Source of the DNA: Bellilinea caldifistulae
GTDB taxonomy: Bacteria > Chloroflexota > Anaerolineae > Anaerolineales > Anaerolineaceae
Assembly: GCF_001306055.1 (NCBI RefSeq)
Contig: NZ_LGHJ01000011.1
Coordinates: 60,001 to 92,000, forward strand
Length of the DNA stretch: 32,000 bases
Reading direction: 5' to 3'
In this document: piece by piece, positions 30,219 to 32,000 of the stretch
Layout: each line of letters begins with the position of its first letter
How positions within the stretch are numbered: position 1 is the stretch's first letter
Notes under the pieces: model-generated
What the model was told of the DNA's origin: nothing
What the model saw: only the letters and a program-made list of their open reading frames with translations
Database searches by the model: none
Program-made: the position numbers and the translations under genes

Positions 30219-30233
30219 CTACGGGTAAACCAA

Positions 30234-30716
30234 CTATGCCCAATCCTTCAATTTCTCACGTTTGACTTTCTCGTGCAGGGTCATCACGCCGTGAATCAGA
30301 CCCTCCGGGCGCGGCGGGCAGCCAGCCACGTACACATCTACCGGTACCACCTCATCCACACCCTGCACAATGGCGTAGTTATTGAACACGCCACCGCAGG
30401 AAGCGCAATCACCCATGGCAATCACCCATTTGGGATCGGGCATCTGATCGTATAACTGCCGCAATACGGGCGCCATCTTGCGCGAGACGCGTCCGGCGAC
30501 AATCATCAAATCCGACTGGCGCGGACTGGCCCGCATCAATTCCATCCCAAAGCGGCTCATGTCGTAAGCCGGCGCCTGGGCGGCCATCATCTCAATGGCG
30601 CAACACGCCAGGCCAAACAACATCGGCCACATCGAATTGGTGCGCGCCCAGTTGACTACCTGTTCAAGCGATGTGGTTACAACCCCTAAATTGCCGGTTT
30701 TCTGCTCTAGTCCCAT
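30234..30716 (-). CDS. nuoB: NADH-quinone oxidoreductase subunit B
   Basis: Trimmed to ATG 30716 (AAGGAG RBS). Contains ..[10 protein letters not shown].., ..GDCASCGG.. and ..GCPPRPE... Confidence 0.93.
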   Translation of the reverse strand: MGLEQKTGNLGVVTTSLEQVVNWARTNSMWPMLFGLACCAIEMMAAQAPAYDMSRFGMELMRASPRQSDLMIVAGRVSRKMAPVLRQLYDQMPDPKWVIAMGDCASCGGVFNNYAIVQGVDEVVPVDVYVAGCPPRPEGLIHGVMTLHEKVKREKLKDWA

Positions 30717-31063
30717 TCTAATGCTCCTTTCTTCCACGCGTACAAATGCGCTACCTCTAAAACGACCAGAAACACCAGCATCCCGAGCAGCCCCAGTGTC
30801 CCCAGTTTACGAAGCACCACCGCCCAGGATACTACAAACACAACCTCGATATCGAAGAGAATGAAAAGAACAGCAATCAGATAATACCGCACCGACATGC
30901 GCCGCCGGCCGGGGCCGTAAGGTACCATGCCCGACTCATAAGGAGCCATCTTGCGTGGGGTGGGACGGCGCGGGCCGAACAACACGCCCAGCAAAACGAC
31001 AATGAAGCCAATCAAAACGGCGAGTGCAAGGATGACCAGCAGGGGAAGGTAATCTTCGAACAT
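30707..31063 (-). CDS. nuoA: NADH-quinone oxidoreductase subunit A
   Basis: Trimmed to ATG 31063. Contains ..KMAPYESGM.., ..[14 protein letters not shown].. and C-terminal ..KKGALEW. Confidence 0.9.
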   Translation of the reverse strand: MFEDYLPLLVILALAVLIGFIVVLLGVLFGPRRPTPRKMAPYESGMVPYGPGRRRMSVRYYLIAVLFILFDIEVVFVVSWAVVLRKLGTLGLLGMLVFLVVLEVAHLYAWKKGALEWD

Positions 31064-31100
31064 GATCGGCCTTTCAATTCGCACAAATATAGTCCAAGTA

Positions 31101-31127
31101 CCCGAATGTGAGTATATCACATTCGGG
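31101..31127 (-). promoter_or_regulatory. 27-bp palindrome overlapping a likely extended -10 of the nuo promoter
   Basis: CCCGAATGTGA-GTATA-TCACATTCGGG (11-bp perfect arms). The minus strand reads ..TGTGATATACTCACA.., giving TGn-TATACT about 40 nt upstream of the nuoA ATG. Confidence 0.5.
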
Positions 31128-31241
31128 AACGCTGGTGGTAAATTTCACAAGAAAAACGGCTAAACGAACAGAGGTGAAATACTCCCCTATTTTACTTTCT
31201 TTTTGAAATTATGCAACAAAGATGTCTATACTTTTATGGGA

Positions 31242-32000
31242 CTACTCCCCTTCAAGATGGTGGATCAAGTCCGCCACTGCCAGCGCCGTTTCAACAATCC
31301 TGTCCGGCTCGATGAGATCAGGCGTATCCCTTTCGGTATGAATCACATCCTGCATCAGGTCGGCCATTTTTTCAGAAGCAAACGCCAGCGCCGGCACTCC
31401 ATGGATCAAAAACAGACTGTGGTCACTCTGCACCCAGCTTTCGCCCTCCACCAGCCCGCCAAATTTTGCAAATCGCCCGCGAATCATGGCCTCCAATGGA
31501 TTTGGCAGTTGATACAGCGAAAATGCGGTGCGCCCTTCGCGAAAACCCACCAGATCAAAATTAATTCCCAGCCCAATTTCAGTAAATCGCCCCTGATTTT
31601 CCTTCAACCAGATTACTTCACCGGGGTTGGAGTAGTAATCTTCCCCGTTGAGCGCGGTCAATTCAACTGTCCAGTTGAGACGCTCCCCCCGCAGCATTTC
31701 TGCCAGCAACAGCAAGATGGTCACCCCGCTGGCGTTATCCAGCGCGCCGGGTGTGCCTATTTTCGCATCGAAATGGGCAAAACACACCACCCTGCGGCTG
31801 CTTTTGCCGGGCAACATCGCCCGGATATTATTCCCCTGTGACGGCATACGCCGGGCGCGAATTTCCAGCTCAACCATTTTACCGGCCTGTTCCGCCAATT
31901 TTTCTCCCTCCTGCTCCGTCATGTAAACCGAGGGAATATCGAAATCGCCGTCCTCAATCAGCGGAAACGGGTAAACACCGCCCGCAATCTGAGGATCACG
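31242..32000 (-). CDS. M28-family metallopeptidase (aminopeptidase-like), 5' end outside the window
   Basis: ..VCFAHFDAKIGTPGALDNASGV.. (His/Asp metal ligands and the DNASG motif). The reading frame stays open upstream of Met-31922 to the window edge. Confidence 0.7.
   Translation of the reverse strand, partial: RDPQIAGGVYPFPLIEDGDFDIPSVYMTEQEGEKLAEQAGKMVELEIRARRMPSQGNNIRAMLPGKSSRRVVCFAHFDAKIGTPGALDNASGVTILLLLAEMLRGERLNWTVELTALNGEDYYSNPGEVIWLKENQGRFTEIGLGINFDLVGFREGRTAFSLYQLPNPLEAMIRGRFAKFGGLVEGESWVQSDHSLFLIHGVPALAFASEKMADLMQDVIHTERDTPDLIEPDRIVETALAVADLIHHLEGE

Noticed and set aside
31101-31127. Calling the nuo palindrome a bona fide Rex (or CRP) operator
   Set aside because: The half-sites match TGTGA/TCACA, but the spacer is 5 nt instead of the canonical 6, so the identity of the binding protein cannot be asserted.

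Overview
32-kb window from a moderately high-GC bacterium. It uses canonical TTGACA/TATAAT-type promoters and GGAGG ribosome-binding sites; the taxon cannot be determined by eye. There are three parts.

(1) 1-12158 is a tightly packed block of about 25 genes, all on the minus strand. It looks like an integrated plasmid-like element that ends at the 3' side of tRNA-Lys(CUU). It carries:
- VapBC.
- A WGR protein plus nuclease-fold proteins (PD-(D/E)XK-like, GxxExxY).
- An HTH initiator-like gene with iterons and an AT-rich stretch inside its own coding sequence.
- A partition cassette: a degenerate ParA-like gene, a canonical ParA and a tandem-RHH protein, followed by a GTCAGCG heptad array.
- A translationally coupled membrane/lipoprotein pair, SSB and zinc-ribbon proteins.
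- A ~640-bp ORF-free, hairpin-dense locus. This holds a ~210-nt candidate sRNA bounded by a promoter and a terminator, an armless tRNA-like minihelix and a compact three-way junction.

No integrase, relaxase or virion genes are visible in the window.

(2) 12159-16664 holds tRNA-Lys, a 945-aa secreted PQQ-like beta-propeller protein, six tandem 70/69-bp repeats derived from the 3' end of the adjacent tRNA-Arg(UCG), that tRNA, and a TetR regulator.

(3) 16651-32000 holds a complete 14-gene nuoA-N operon (NADH:quinone oxidoreductase) on the minus strand. A 27-bp palindrome overlaps its likely -10 element, and an M28 peptidase gene lies upstream.

The most unusual signals are the non-coding ones: the structured RNA locus at 10.9-11.5 kb, the tRNA-derived minisatellite at 15.4-15.8 kb, the G(C/T)TA-loop hairpin cluster at 2.9-3.0 kb, and the origin/centromere-like repeats. 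All functional assignments come from motif reading by eye, with no database search.
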